A stretch of DNA of 64,000 nucleotides from Pseudomonadota bacterium (lineage in GTDB: Bacteria; Desulfobacterota; Desulfobacteria; Desulfobacterales; RPRI01). The stretch covers positions 192,001 through 256,000 of the forward strand of contig JBDRRF010000079.1 of the NCBI GenBank assembly GCA_043825875.1, read 5' to 3'. A model generated the notes under the pieces. It ran no database searches. It saw nothing but the letters and a program-made list of their open reading frames with translations, and was not told where the DNA came from. Made by a program: the position numbers and the translations under genes. Below are positions 20,639-30,371 of the stretch, piece by piece. The stretch's first letter is position 1; each line of letters opens with the position of its first letter.

Positions 20639-20989
20639 CTACTGCGTGTGTACTGAAAAACTGCCGGTAACAGGTATTGTAACACCAGTAATAAACCTGG
20701 CATCTGATGATGCAAGGAATGCCGCGTTTAAGCATATGCAGCTTCTTTCAACTATCCCAGGTTTTCGATATCAGCTTTTTTTTATATCACCGCCTATAGT
20801 TATCTTTGAGAAGTCTCTTCATGCAATTCATTCAAATAATTGGCATCATTTTCCGTGCAGAAATAGGACCCGCTGAAATACTTTGTAACATTGCCCGCAA
20901 TCTCCTGCCCCTTAAAGATTGCAACAGGATCATTTTCCAAACACTTTTTCGCGAGCTTTGCCCACCGCAGATTCAGTTGCTGTTTCCAT
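20639..20989 (-). pseudogene. Degraded, internally deleted classical SDR oxidoreductase remnant
   Basis: C-terminal fragment AAFLASSDARFITGVTIPVTGSF-stop; RBS AGGAGG and ATG at 20989, but frames are broken. Confidence 0.6.
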
Positions 20990-21005
20990 AATAAAGCACC
21001 TCCTG

Positions 21006-21581
21006 CTAACAATACATCTCAATTAATTTATCTTTCATTTTTTTAAATGAGTAAATTTTTGGATGAAAAACATAATTAAAGCCTATACCCTGTAAAACCC
21101 CTCCGAATAGCTGGGCTTCGGTTTCAGGGTCTTTATAACCGCGTGCCCTGAAATACTTTTCAAACATTCCGGTATATCCCTCAAGCAACTCTTTAAATCG
21201 TTTATCAAGAACATCAATTACCGGAAGATGTGTAAACATACTTAAATATAATTTCCAGAAATCCAGATTAATTTCGATTTTCTCCTGCATCTGTTCAAAA
21301 AAATTTCTGAGTTCTTCATTCGTCAAAGTTTCATCTTTATTAGGATCAAGCAAGCCTATCAGGTTATTTGAAAACATAAAGATTGTTTCAGAAATCAGAG
21401 TTTCTTTGCTGTCAAAATAATTATATATCAGCCCGTAAGAAATACCGGCTTCATTTGCAATATCTTTCATGGATGTCTGATAATATCCTTTTTCCGCAAA
21501 TAGTTTGAGTGCAGCATCTAATATCATTGCTCTTTTTTTTTCACGGATAGCTTCAAATTGTTCCACAGTTCTAGGCGACAT
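21006..21581 (-). CDS. TetR/AcrR family transcriptional regulator
   Basis: [41 protein letters not shown] helix-turn-helix. Confidence 0.93.
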   Translation of the reverse strand: MSPRTVEQFEAIREKKRAMILDAALKLFAEKGYYQTSMKDIANEAGISYGLIYNYFDSKETLISETIFMFSNNLIGLLDPNKDETLTNEELRNFFEQMQEKIEINLDFWKLYLSMFTHLPVIDVLDKRFKELLEGYTGMFEKYFRARGYKDPETEAQLFGGVLQGIGFNYVFHPKIYSFKKMKDKLIEMYC

Positions 21582-21633
21582 ATACTCTTCCTCTGCTTAG
21601 TTTGGAAAAATCAGTTTGCGATTTAATTTATGA

Positions 21634-21649
21634 TTGATTGTTAAGTCAA
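21634..21649. promoter_or_regulatory. Imperfect palindrome, candidate TetR operator
   Basis: TTGATT-GTTA-AGTCAA about 50 bp upstream of tetR. Confidence 0.35.
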
Positions 21650-21819
21650 TATTAAACATTTGAATTTTGCTCGTCAATGCATTTATTATGGATTTTTAAG
21701 CGATGCCCTTTATACAGGCAGAATGAAAACATTATATATATTATAATATTAATATATTAACTACATTTCTCCGATAAGAGCCCAGAAAATAAACGAAATC
21801 TAAAGGGTAACTTTTATCA

Positions 21820-21873
21820 CGTTTATCAAAATAATGTTCTGCTTCAATTTGTAATTGTTTGGAACATTTGTTA
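21820..21873 (+). repeat. 54-bp direct repeat, copy 2
   Basis: 48/54 identical to 14674-14727. Confidence 0.8.
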
Positions 21874-21880
21874 TATGCAA

Positions 21881-22798
21881 TCAGGTATTTTTTAATAGAT
21901 AGTTAATCTCTGCCTTTACTCTTTCAACACATTGTCTGCCTTCGGCAATTGCTTCTTTTGCACGGTGAAAGTCCAATAATCCGATATGAGATAATTTCGG
22001 AGTCAGTAATATATCCGGAGGGTCTCCGGCAATACGGCTTCGTGTAATTCTGTCTTGTGCAATATTTATCGAGTTGGCGATTGCATCAATTAAGTTTGGC
22101 GCGTTATCAACTTCTTCATCTTTATCTTCATCTACGGTTGATCTGAATTCCCAATCACTATACTTTTTCACGAAACCGGAAATCTTGCTGAAAACATCTG
22201 CCTCTTTATTTTTAGCCGGTCTCTTTGTTTTATTAAAATGTTTACCAACAATATCACTATTCAGATTTACTGCAATTACTACATCCGCACCCAATGCACG
22301 ACAAACAGAAATAGGCACCGGATTAACCAAACCACCATCTACAAGCCACTGATCATCTTTATTTATTGCCGGAAACAGACCAGGCAGCGAAATAGATGCC
22401 CACACCGCATCCAGAACCGAACCATTGGTAATCCAAACTTCTCTGCCAGTTGCTATCTCAGTTGCTACAGACGCATATTTTTTAGAAAGATCTTCAATTA
22501 AAGAACCGTTTTCAGAAACATATTCATTCAAAAATTCTTGAAGCTTTTTTTTGTCGATAAACCCGTTTAAAGAAGTTTTTATCTCAAAATATTTTACTAG
22601 TTTAAATTTGGTTAATGAACATACCCAGCCTTCCAGCTTATCAAGATTATTTGAAACATAAGATGCTCCTACCAATGCGCCAATAGAAGTGCCGCATACC
22701 ACATCAGGCTCAATTCCCATATCAATAAGTGCTTTTATAATACCTATATGCGACCATCCACGTGACGAACCACTTCCAAGTGCTAAACCAATATTCAT
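21881..22798 (-). CDS. rssA: Patatin-like phospholipase RssA family
   Basis: LALGSGSSRGWSHIG, GTSIG nucleophile, LVDGG, RSRIAGDPPD. Confidence 0.88.
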   Translation of the reverse strand: MNIGLALGSGSSRGWSHIGIIKALIDMGIEPDVVCGTSIGALVGASYVSNNLDKLEGWVCSLTKFKLVKYFEIKTSLNGFIDKKKLQEFLNEYVSENGSLIEDLSKKYASVATEIATGREVWITNGSVLDAVWASISLPGLFPAINKDDQWLVDGGLVNPVPISVCRALGADVVIAVNLNSDIVGKHFNKTKRPAKNKEADVFSKISGFVKKYSDWEFRSTVDEDKDEEVDNAPNLIDAIANSINIAQDRITRSRIAGDPPDILLTPKLSHIGLLDFHRAKEAIAEGRQCVERVKAEINYLLKNT

Positions 22799-22853
22799 TT
22801 TTTTCCTTATTTCTTCTTACTGTGGGAGCGTATCGTTTAATCCTTAATCATAA

Positions 22854-22995
22854 GAGCCAGTTTCAAAACGCCCCATTTTGGCCGATCTCTGTGTTGGGCT
22901 CAAATTTCAATCCTCGAAATACTCAATGTATTCCTGTGGTTGAAATTTTCGCCCGCCTTGAGCTTGACCAAAATGAAACGTTTTGAAAGTGGCTC
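22854..22995 (-). repeat. 142-bp MITE-like element, copy 4 (inverted)
   Basis: Reverse complement of copies 1-3; ATAA on both flanks. Confidence 0.9.
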
Positions 22996-23006
22996 ATAAG
23001 AAAGCA

Positions 23007-23639
23007 TCAATTACTGATTGCAGGCGCTTTGTGCAGAAATTCTTTTCCATTCACCTGGGCTAATAAAAAATCTACCAAATCGCTTCTGGATAATGTAAAA
23101 TTAACCACTCCTTTGCCTGTATAGCCGGCATTTACTTTTCCTGTTTTCGGTTTATTGTTAAGAAATGGAAGTCTTACAATCGTCCAATTTAAACCTGACT
23201 CCCGGATAATACCGGCCGTTTTAACAATATCGGAATAAGCATCACCCATCAGAAGCCTTATCATCATGACCGCAAGGCGGAATTTAAGATCAAAAGAATC
23301 ATTGGGATCAGAAGCACTGGGCGTTGCCGTAGCAATTAACCGGTCTATATTTTTCTCTTTCATTGCTTTAACAATGTTTGCAATACCCTCTGCTACCAAA
23401 CAGCCCTTTACCCTTCCGGGAGGCCCTAAAAGGCTGATAACTACATCCGCTCCTTCCATAGCCTTTTTAATTGCTTCAATATTATTCAATTCACCATTTA
23501 CAACTTTTAAATTCGGGTGGCTAAAGTCTATCTTGGAAGGATTTCGTGCATATGCCGTTACTTCATATCCTTCATCAAGCGCTTGTTTCGTAAGTATTTT
23601 TCCACTTAAACCGGTTGCTCCAAAAATAGTTAGCTTCAT
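23007..23639 (-). CDS. NAD(P)H-binding oxidoreductase (BVR-B/flavin reductase-like)
   Basis: MKLTIFGATGLSG, NWTIVR, LSRSDLVDFL. Confidence 0.88.
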   Translation of the reverse strand: MKLTIFGATGLSGKILTKQALDEGYEVTAYARNPSKIDFSHPNLKVVNGELNNIEAIKKAMEGADVVISLLGPPGRVKGCLVAEGIANIVKAMKEKNIDRLIATATPSASDPNDSFDLKFRLAVMMIRLLMGDAYSDIVKTAGIIRESGLNWTIVRLPFLNNKPKTGKVNAGYTGKGVVNFTLSRSDLVDFLLAQVNGKEFLHKAPAISN

Positions 23640-23824
23640 AGCAATATTTACTCCTTTCCTTTAGAAAATGGTTTGGAATTTAACATAGGCTGGAATAACA
23701 TCAAGCCTCAAATACTGCCCTGAACAATGCGCGGATTTAACCAGCTTAAAGTTAATACCGGCAAGTCTGCTCTTGACTCCCACTAAACCAAGAAGGACAT
23801 AGAGCAAACTTAATCCCATTCCCT

Positions 23825-25102
23825 TCACTGCTTGGCTCCGGCCTTGATAAGCAGATCTTCAATCTCAGGGTGGCCATTCTTGGAGGCAAACATTAAGGCA
23901 GTCATATCTTTATTATCTTTGGCATTGATATCAGCGCCCTTTGCCAGCAGTTCCTGCACAATCTCAAGCTGACCATTCAAAGCGGCAAGCATCAATGTGG
24001 TAAAACCACTTTTGTCCTTGGCATTGATGTCAGCGCCCTTTGTCAGTAGATATGGTACAACTTCACGATAACCATTCGAAGCGGCAGCCATTAATGCGGT
24101 AAAACCGCGTTTATCCTTGGCATTTACATCAGCGCCTTTTGCCAGCAGCTCTTGCATAATTTCAAGGTGACCTATAAAAGAGGCCGCCATCAATACGGTA
24201 GTACCATCTTTGTCTTTGGCATTGACATCAGAGCCTTTTGACAGAAGCTCCTGCACAATTTCAAGGTATCCCTTTGAAGCGGCAAGCATCAATGTGGTAA
24301 TACCACTTTCGTCCTTGGCCTTGACGTCAGCGCCCTTTGTCAGCAGATATGGTACAACTTCACGATGACCATTCGAAGCGGCAGCCATTAATGCGGTAAA
24401 ACCACCTTTGTCCATGGCATTGACATCAGCGCCTTTTGCCAGCAGCTCCTCTACAATCTCAAGGTGACCTTCAAAAGATGCAGCCATCAGCGCAGTAATA
24501 CCATCTTCATCCCCGGCATTAACCTCAGCACCCCTTGCCAGCAGATTCTGTACAACCTTAAGGTGACCCTTCGAAGCGGCAAGCATAAATGCGGTCCAGC
24601 CATTTTTATCCTTGTTATTAAACTCCGCCCCCTTTGCTAGCAGATCCTGCATAATTTCAAGGTGACCCCTCTCTGAAGCATACATCAGTGCGGTCTTTTC
24701 ATTTTTATACCTGGCATTTACATCAGCACCCTTTGCAACCAACTCCTGCTCAATCTCACGATAACCTTTCAAAGAAGCAGCCATCAGTGCGGTTAAGCCA
24801 TTTTCATTCTTGGCATTGATCTCAGCACCCTTTGCCAGCAGTTCCCGCACAATCTCAAGGTGACCATTAAAAGAAGCAGCCATCAGTGCATTACCTTTTT
24901 TACTCTTGATGTTGACATCTGCTCCCTCTGAGATAAGCCGTTTCACTTCAGGCAAGTCACCACTGTCTATTACTTTAACAAAATCTTCGTTTACTCCTGC
25001 AATAGCTGCAACCGTAGTCCATATTATAATGGCTATAATAGATATTGCTGTTTTTATTTTAGAACCAATCATACAATTTATACTCAATGAACTTTTCATC
25101 AT
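23825..25102 (-). CDS. Secreted ankyrin repeat protein (about 11-12 repeats)
   Basis: 33-aa repeats G.TALM.A...GH.EIV.ELLAKGADVNAKD; N-terminal hydrophobic signal. Confidence 0.95.
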   Translation of the reverse strand: MMKSSLSINCMIGSKIKTAISIIAIIIWTTVAAIAGVNEDFVKVIDSGDLPEVKRLISEGADVNIKSKKGNALMAASFNGHLEIVRELLAKGAEINAKNENGLTALMAASLKGYREIEQELVAKGADVNARYKNEKTALMYASERGHLEIMQDLLAKGAEFNNKDKNGWTAFMLAASKGHLKVVQNLLARGAEVNAGDEDGITALMAASFEGHLEIVEELLAKGADVNAMDKGGFTALMAAASNGHREVVPYLLTKGADVKAKDESGITTLMLAASKGYLEIVQELLSKGSDVNAKDKDGTTVLMAASFIGHLEIMQELLAKGADVNAKDKRGFTALMAAASNGYREVVPYLLTKGADINAKDKSGFTTLMLAALNGQLEIVQELLAKGADINAKDNKDMTALMFASKNGHPEIEDLLIKAGAKQ

Positions 25103-25249
25103 TCTCCCTTATCTTTATTAACTGTTAGTTACTATGATATTCTTCTATCCTTGGGCTTAGCAAATATTTGTTGCAATAACTTCTGCCTTACCGGCTATAT
25201 GCCATATGCAATATAAATATTGGCAATCAACAATCTTACTATCAATCTT

Positions 25250-25642
25250 TTACTTAGAAAACCTGATTGTTAAAGACGTGACAACTCCCCATACCCAATT
25301 AAACAAAAAAACCAGTGCCGGTGTTAAAAGCCCAAGCTCTATGCCTGCAATACCCTTATTTGCTTTATAGGGAAAAACAACAAACAATTGAACCATTGTC
25401 GGGAAAAGACTCAGTAAAGTCCCTTTGAAAAGTGGTTTGGAACTTAACATAGGCAGGAAAAATATCAGCCCCCATATACCACCCCAAACTATACGAGGAT
25501 ATAACCATCCAGGAGTTAAAGCAGGAGCAATTGAAACACCCAAAGATTTACTTATCCCCAAATCACCGAACAGCCAAACAACCAGGCTGTTCGCTAAAGC
25601 TCCCAAACACCCGGCTGCAAAGTAAATTAATAATTTTTTCAT
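25250..25642 (-). CDS. Hypothetical integral membrane protein
   Basis: 130 aa, about four hydrophobic segments, LYPRIVWGGIWG. Confidence 0.8.
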   Translation of the reverse strand: MKKLLIYFAAGCLGALANSLVVWLFGDLGISKSLGVSIAPALTPGWLYPRIVWGGIWGLIFFLPMLSSKPLFKGTLLSLFPTMVQLFVVFPYKANKGIAGIELGLLTPALVFLFNWVWGVVTSLTIRFSK

Positions 25643-25694
25643 TATTTTTGTTTCCTTAACTATCTTTCAACACAAAGGTCAGCGAGAGGCCGAT

Positions 25695-26744
25695 TTATGA
25701 TTGATTCGCCTGTCCTTTTTTTCTTAGGATTCCTTCCATTGTCTTGATTATCTCCTTAGAAGGTACATTGTGCTCTCCAAGGATCAGTAGTGCAAAGTTA
25801 TCGGCAAGTATCTCTTCTGGATGTATGATGTATTCAGTATTTCTGCCAATCTGTTCAAAGAACCCTGAAATCTGCTGAACACCTGCCAGTCTGGGTCTTC
25901 GACCATCATATGATGCTCTTACATTGGGAGCTTTGTTTTGTCGTTCTACCAAAAGAAATTGGAATTGAAGATATTCAAAAAACTCTCCCCCACGTGCAGT
26001 GTTGTACTTCTGGGCGACCGAGAAGAGGATTGGAATAGCCCAACTGTCTTTTCCGCGAATTTTGATGAAAATACAGTGGTCATTAATAGGAGCATCAGGA
26101 TTAGTGATTTTTAGTTGTTTCAATTCTGCCGGAAATTCTACTTCATCACACTTCACAAATCCGATAACTGCGTATAGCTTCTCCCGCAACTTATGATTTG
26201 CACGAGAAAGTATGTGGAAAAGCTCATGGTAGATAGTTTTTCGAATCTTTACTACAGAGGTTAAGATTTCAGCTTTCGGAAGGATTATAGCATTAGCTCG
26301 TGTGTATGGAGCTCTACCTTCTTCGTTTCCGGTCGTCTTGATCAAAAAAACCTTCTTTGGAAACGGCAAAGAGAATGGTTCAAGTTTTTTCTGAATGCCC
26401 TTCAATGCATTAGTTACCTTTTGTTTTTCGGAATTGTTCCATTCAAGAACATTTTTGCCGACAAACTCCAGGTACTCCTTTTCGGAAACACGTTTGTCAG
26501 TTTTCATCCGAGCAGCCCGGTCGAATGGACTCAAACGTTGGATAAAATCATCACGACTCGTTAGGATCTTTCTGGCCTCATTAACTGTTGCAAAATAAAA
26601 GGTCGTACCATCTCGAAGACTTATCTGGGCTTCACACAACTGAGCCGCCAGAACAAAAACAAAGAATATAAATATTGATAACCTTTTCATAACCATCTCC
26701 TTGCAAAATGAGAAATTGTAGCCACAAGATTTAAGGCACAGCAC
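25695..26744 (-). CDS. Secreted putative zinc metallopeptidase (start probably at MKRLS)
   Basis: Signal peptide, HELFH (HExxH), downstream HPEEILADNF. Confidence 0.7.
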   Translation of the reverse strand: MLCLKSCGYNFSFCKEMVMKRLSIFIFFVFVLAAQLCEAQISLRDGTTFYFATVNEARKILTSRDDFIQRLSPFDRAARMKTDKRVSEKEYLEFVGKNVLEWNNSEKQKVTNALKGIQKKLEPFSLPFPKKVFLIKTTGNEEGRAPYTRANAIILPKAEILTSVVKIRKTIYHELFHILSRANHKLREKLYAVIGFVKCDEVEFPAELKQLKITNPDAPINDHCIFIKIRGKDSWAIPILFSVAQKYNTARGGEFFEYLQFQFLLVERQNKAPNVRASYDGRRPRLAGVQQISGFFEQIGRNTEYIIHPEEILADNFALLILGEHNVPSKEIIKTMEGILRKKGQANQS

Positions 26745-26749
26745 TTGGG

Positions 26750-27241
26750 CTATTTATGCTGGGATGATTTTGCGCCACTTTTTTCAAGTATCGAATAAAT
26801 TTTATCTGCTACTGATTTGGTTTTTGAACCTTCAAGGACAAGGAAACAAACATTCTTATCATAAACCTGAAGAGATATTCCTGTAATTGGCTGCGTATGT
26901 ATTTGCGCCATTGAATCTTTATCATGCAAATCGATATAAAGCCAAATCCCGTCCGGGTCAGGGTTTGGAACTCCGGATATCCACCCGGCAGAATGTTTTG
27001 AATCGTGGGTATGGTAGCTATAGTCCACTCTTAAATTTTCAATGTCTGTATGCTTGTCAATTGAGAATTCTTTAAGTTGTGGATATACTTCCTTCAAATT
27101 TGAAATTTCTTCAGAAACTTTTTTTATAAATTCTTTATATTTCGCTGTATCCGCCAAGCTGCTCTCCTTATATATAAAAATAAGAGCCAAAAGAAGTATA
27201 TAAAATAGTATTCGACTATATGGATTGTGACATAACTTCAT
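26750..27241 (-). CDS. Hypothetical exported protein
   Basis: 163-aa ORF with N-terminal hydrophobic segment. Confidence 0.7.
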   Translation of the reverse strand: MKLCHNPYSRILFYILLLALIFIYKESSLADTAKYKEFIKKVSEEISNLKEVYPQLKEFSIDKHTDIENLRVDYSYHTHDSKHSAGWISGVPNPDPDGIWLYIDLHDKDSMAQIHTQPITGISLQVYDKNVCFLVLEGSKTKSVADKIYSILEKSGAKSSQHK

Positions 27242-27311
27242 AATTTTTATTCCGGTAATATCGCCAGCTGTTCAAGGGTAAAAAAGATCAATATGTCTAC
27301 TTAATGCGCTA

Positions 27312-27686
27312 TTAATGATAAAGAGGAATTATAATAACTATATACATTAATACCGCAATTAAAACACAAAATAAAATATTTTCTAAATTTTCTACTAAAT
27401 TTCTTTTTTCCCCGGATTCAAATACATCTGAAGGAAGACCTCTTTTGTCTACATACTCTTTTATCATTTCTATAGCTTCTGAAGTATATTGATTTGGAAC
27501 ATAAAAGTTATACCAATTATTAATTCTATAAGATGGACCAATACGAGAATCTGCTATATTAGTCTCTTTCTTCGAATAATAAAACGGTATATTTCTTTCT
27601 TCGAATTTTGCGAATAACACATCATATCCGGACAATTCAAAAGTTCTATGTACACATATAAATGTAAGGCTATCGTTATTATCCAT
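27312..27686 (-). CDS. Hypothetical protein with C-terminal TM
   Basis: 124-aa ORF. Confidence 0.6.
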   Translation of the reverse strand: MDNNDSLTFICVHRTFELSGYDVLFAKFEERNIPFYYSKKETNIADSRIGPSYRINNWYNFYVPNQYTSEAIEMIKEYVDKRGLPSDVFESGEKRNLVENLENILFCVLIAVLMYIVIIIPLYH

Positions 27687-27829
27687 AAATCACAAAGCAA
27701 ATACTAGTTATATTGCTCCAAACAGGTGCAAACCCTACCCCCAGGAAAAGTCCAAAGCAAGCTTGACTTTATTAGTTTTTCAATATTTTTACGATTACTA
27801 TTTTACATAATTTGCATGGCCAGTTGAAA

Positions 27830-28162
27830 TCAATCAATATATTTTCCAATCACACTATGATTTATCTTAATTTCATGAATAAGGCGGTCATAATGTCGCA
27901 TCCGGATTATGGAACGTACAATCAGATAAGCACCAAAAACAATCAGAGCAAGACTAAATGCACCTAATGGAACAAGCAGATATAATACATTAAGGACATC
28001 ATAATATCTTGAAGTAGCTATCAGAAAGCTAACCACAGACAATGGTAAAGCCAATACTGCTATACCTGTTCGCAATACGGATAATGACGTACGCTTTTCC
28101 GCCAAGACAAGCTGCGCCTCATTAATTGCTATTGAATCAATTTCTGGTTTCTCGTCGCTCAA
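27830..28162 (-). CDS. DUF202-like small membrane protein
   Basis: LAEKRTSLSVLRTGIA motif, two TMs; TTG start with RBS. Confidence 0.75.
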   Translation of the reverse strand: MSDEKPEIDSIAINEAQLVLAEKRTSLSVLRTGIAVLALPLSVVSFLIATSRYYDVLNVLYLLVPLGAFSLALIVFGAYLIVRSIIRMRHYDRLIHEIKINHSVIGKYID

Positions 28163-28191
28163 ATTTTATACCTTTTTTTATAGATAATTTT

Positions 28192-29142
28192 TTACGCCTT
28201 CATTTCTTCAATGCCTTCATAAATACGCCGATGTTTTAGCTCTGGCAACAATTCACTCCTAAACCGGGAGGTTTCTCCATAATAAGATACACGCCCTATG
28301 TCTATGAAGTCCTTGGTCAATGGACTTTTAGTTCCAAAGACTCTTGACACAAACTCAAATGTTTCAGCAGCAAAATATATGAGACATAAGGGCATTCGCC
28401 ATGGTTTACTGCATCCCCATAAATCGCATGCAAAATCGAGAAATGACTGTAAGGTATCATTACCTTCATCACCGACATGGTAAACACCAATTGCATTTTC
28501 TTTCCTGATTGCGGCCACAACTGCTCTGCAAAAGTCAGTCTTAGAAATCAAATGTATTTCGGTTGGTTCCTTCCAAACACCAAGCAGATATCTTTTTGCA
28601 AACCATTTTGCAGCATCTATCATCAGAATACCTTTGCCATAAACCATTCCTACCCTAAGCGATACCGAGTTTTCGATTTCATTGAAAAGATATTTTTCTT
28701 CCTCAAGTCTTGTCTTGGCATGGACAGATACCGGTTTGCCGGCCAAGCTGCCCGTAGCAGGCACCTTTCTTGAGGTTGGCCCCTCAACATGTGGAAAACT
28801 GATCAATATCATTTTACTTATATTTTTTTCTTTAGCAACCCCAATAAGATTTTTGAAATACTGAATGTTTGTTTCGTGAAGGAATTTTTCCGGATCAGCC
28901 TTAAACAGTACTCCTGCGAAATGAACTATTGTGTTAACACCATCCAGACATTCATACAATGTTTCAGGTTTTGAAAGGTCCGCGCTTCTTACTTTGATCC
29001 TTGGATTTTCTCTAAGATCATAAGGTACTTCTTTTCGGTGCTGCATGAGAATCAAGTTCAGATCTTTTTCATTATCTCTAATATGCCTGGACAGCAAGCT
29101 ACCAAGATTTCCTGCCGCTCCCGTAATCAGAATATTTTTCAT
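28192..29142 (-). CDS. NAD-dependent epimerase/dehydratase family
   Basis: ILITGAAGNLGS, IVHFAG, LRVGMVYG. Confidence 0.85.
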   Translation of the reverse strand: MKNILITGAAGNLGSLLSRHIRDNEKDLNLILMQHRKEVPYDLRENPRIKVRSADLSKPETLYECLDGVNTIVHFAGVLFKADPEKFLHETNIQYFKNLIGVAKEKNISKMILISFPHVEGPTSRKVPATGSLAGKPVSVHAKTRLEEEKYLFNEIENSVSLRVGMVYGKGILMIDAAKWFAKRYLLGVWKEPTEIHLISKTDFCRAVVAAIRKENAIGVYHVGDEGNDTLQSFLDFACDLWGCSKPWRMPLCLIYFAAETFEFVSRVFGTKSPLTKDFIDIGRVSYYGETSRFRSELLPELKHRRIYEGIEEMKA

Positions 29143-29277
29143 TTTATCCTTAAAGTATTACGCTTTGCTCACCGGACAATTAGAAGAGTAAAAAGTATTT
29201 TTCCGAGTAGTAATCTGCTATGGTTAATTTGTGTCGCATGCAAGCTTAATAATTATATCGGCACAATGATAGTATCT

Positions 29278-29360
29278 GGGGTCGAATCATAAATATTAAC
29301 TATCAGATTTGAGTAATTAATAATTAAGATGTGAACCCATTTAGTTCTCTATTTAGTTCT
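29278..29360. repeat. REP-like inverted repeat with duplicated tail
   Basis: GGGGTCGAATCATAAATATTAA ... TTAATAATTAAGATGTGAACCC followed by ATTTAGTTCT twice; a similar arm GGGTCGCATCTTAAAT lies near 33357. Confidence 0.5.
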
Positions 29361-29371
29361 GTACTATTCCC

Positions 29372-30085
29372 TTACCATATGCCAGGTAGAAGCCTGTAGC
29401 GGGTATCTTCGGCATATGCCTTATAACCTTCCAATTCTTTGTGGAGGGTGCGATCCTCAAGAGCGGTTCTAATAGTGAACAATAGCATCAAAGCACCGGC
29501 AGGAAAAAATGTCCACCAGGAACCCAGGATCAAGGGCATTGCTGCTAAGAATATGATGTAGGATGCGTATCCGGGATGTCGAACGATACTGTATGGTCCC
29601 GTTGTAACAACTTGATGTTCACGATCATTTTGTATGCGTACGAATTGTTCGAAATGTGCATTTGTGATCATAGCCCATGTACCGAATGGCCACGTTAGAG
29701 CCAAGAGACCAAACCCGATATAAAGCGTAGCAAGAGACATGCCAGACCATCCAAAGCGCCAGTCCAGACCTGCGACAACAGGCGCAATCAGCTCCTGGAT
29801 AACCATCCAGCATAATGTGAACAGTTTATCAAATGTCTTTACACCGCTATGCGAAGTTCCACGATGATTGAGCGTTTCCGGGACTCGTTGAGCGAGTATA
29901 ACAAGCATAATGATTTCCAAAACTAATGTGGAAATGATCCAGATCCAACCCCGTACCCAATGAACGGTACCAGCTGCAACAAAGAGAATCACCGCATACA
30001 CAAGGATAAGACTTATACGATGAATGGCATACCAGTAGCCATGTTTATCAATTTTTGTACCCATATTTCTCCCTTCTACATTCAC
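29372..30085 (-). CDS. Isoprenylcysteine carboxylmethyltransferase family membrane protein
   Basis: HQVVTTGPYSIVRHPGY, RTALEDRTL, YRLLPGIW. Confidence 0.9.
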   Translation of the reverse strand: MNVEGRNMGTKIDKHGYWYAIHRISLILVYAVILFVAAGTVHWVRGWIWIISTLVLEIIMLVILAQRVPETLNHRGTSHSGVKTFDKLFTLCWMVIQELIAPVVAGLDWRFGWSGMSLATLYIGFGLLALTWPFGTWAMITNAHFEQFVRIQNDREHQVVTTGPYSIVRHPGYASYIIFLAAMPLILGSWWTFFPAGALMLLFTIRTALEDRTLHKELEGYKAYAEDTRYRLLPGIW

Positions 30086-30270
30086 TTAGCTTGGTGCTAT
30101 CTTTATCGTCCAACCCACAAACCCCGCAGTCAGCACAATCCATGGTGATAATGTTATAATTTTTATAAAAGATTAATGTTTTTTAACCTGTTGTAAAATA
30201 TCAAATTTTTCAAAGAAATCAATAGAGACTTTTACAATAAGATTAAGGAAGTCTAATTCTTTTGTTTATA

Positions 30271-30340
30271 TAGTAATATAATACTAAGAAAGACATCTGA
30301 TAGAAACTACCTAACCAAATAGCGGCCCCGATATCCCCCT
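30271..30340 (+). repeat. Gene-end repeat R1
   Basis: CTAAGAAAGACATCTGATAGAAACTAC...CCCCGATATCCCCC. Confidence 0.85.
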
Positions 30341-30371
30341 TGCGTAGCTTTTCTTTTTGAGACGCGTATTC

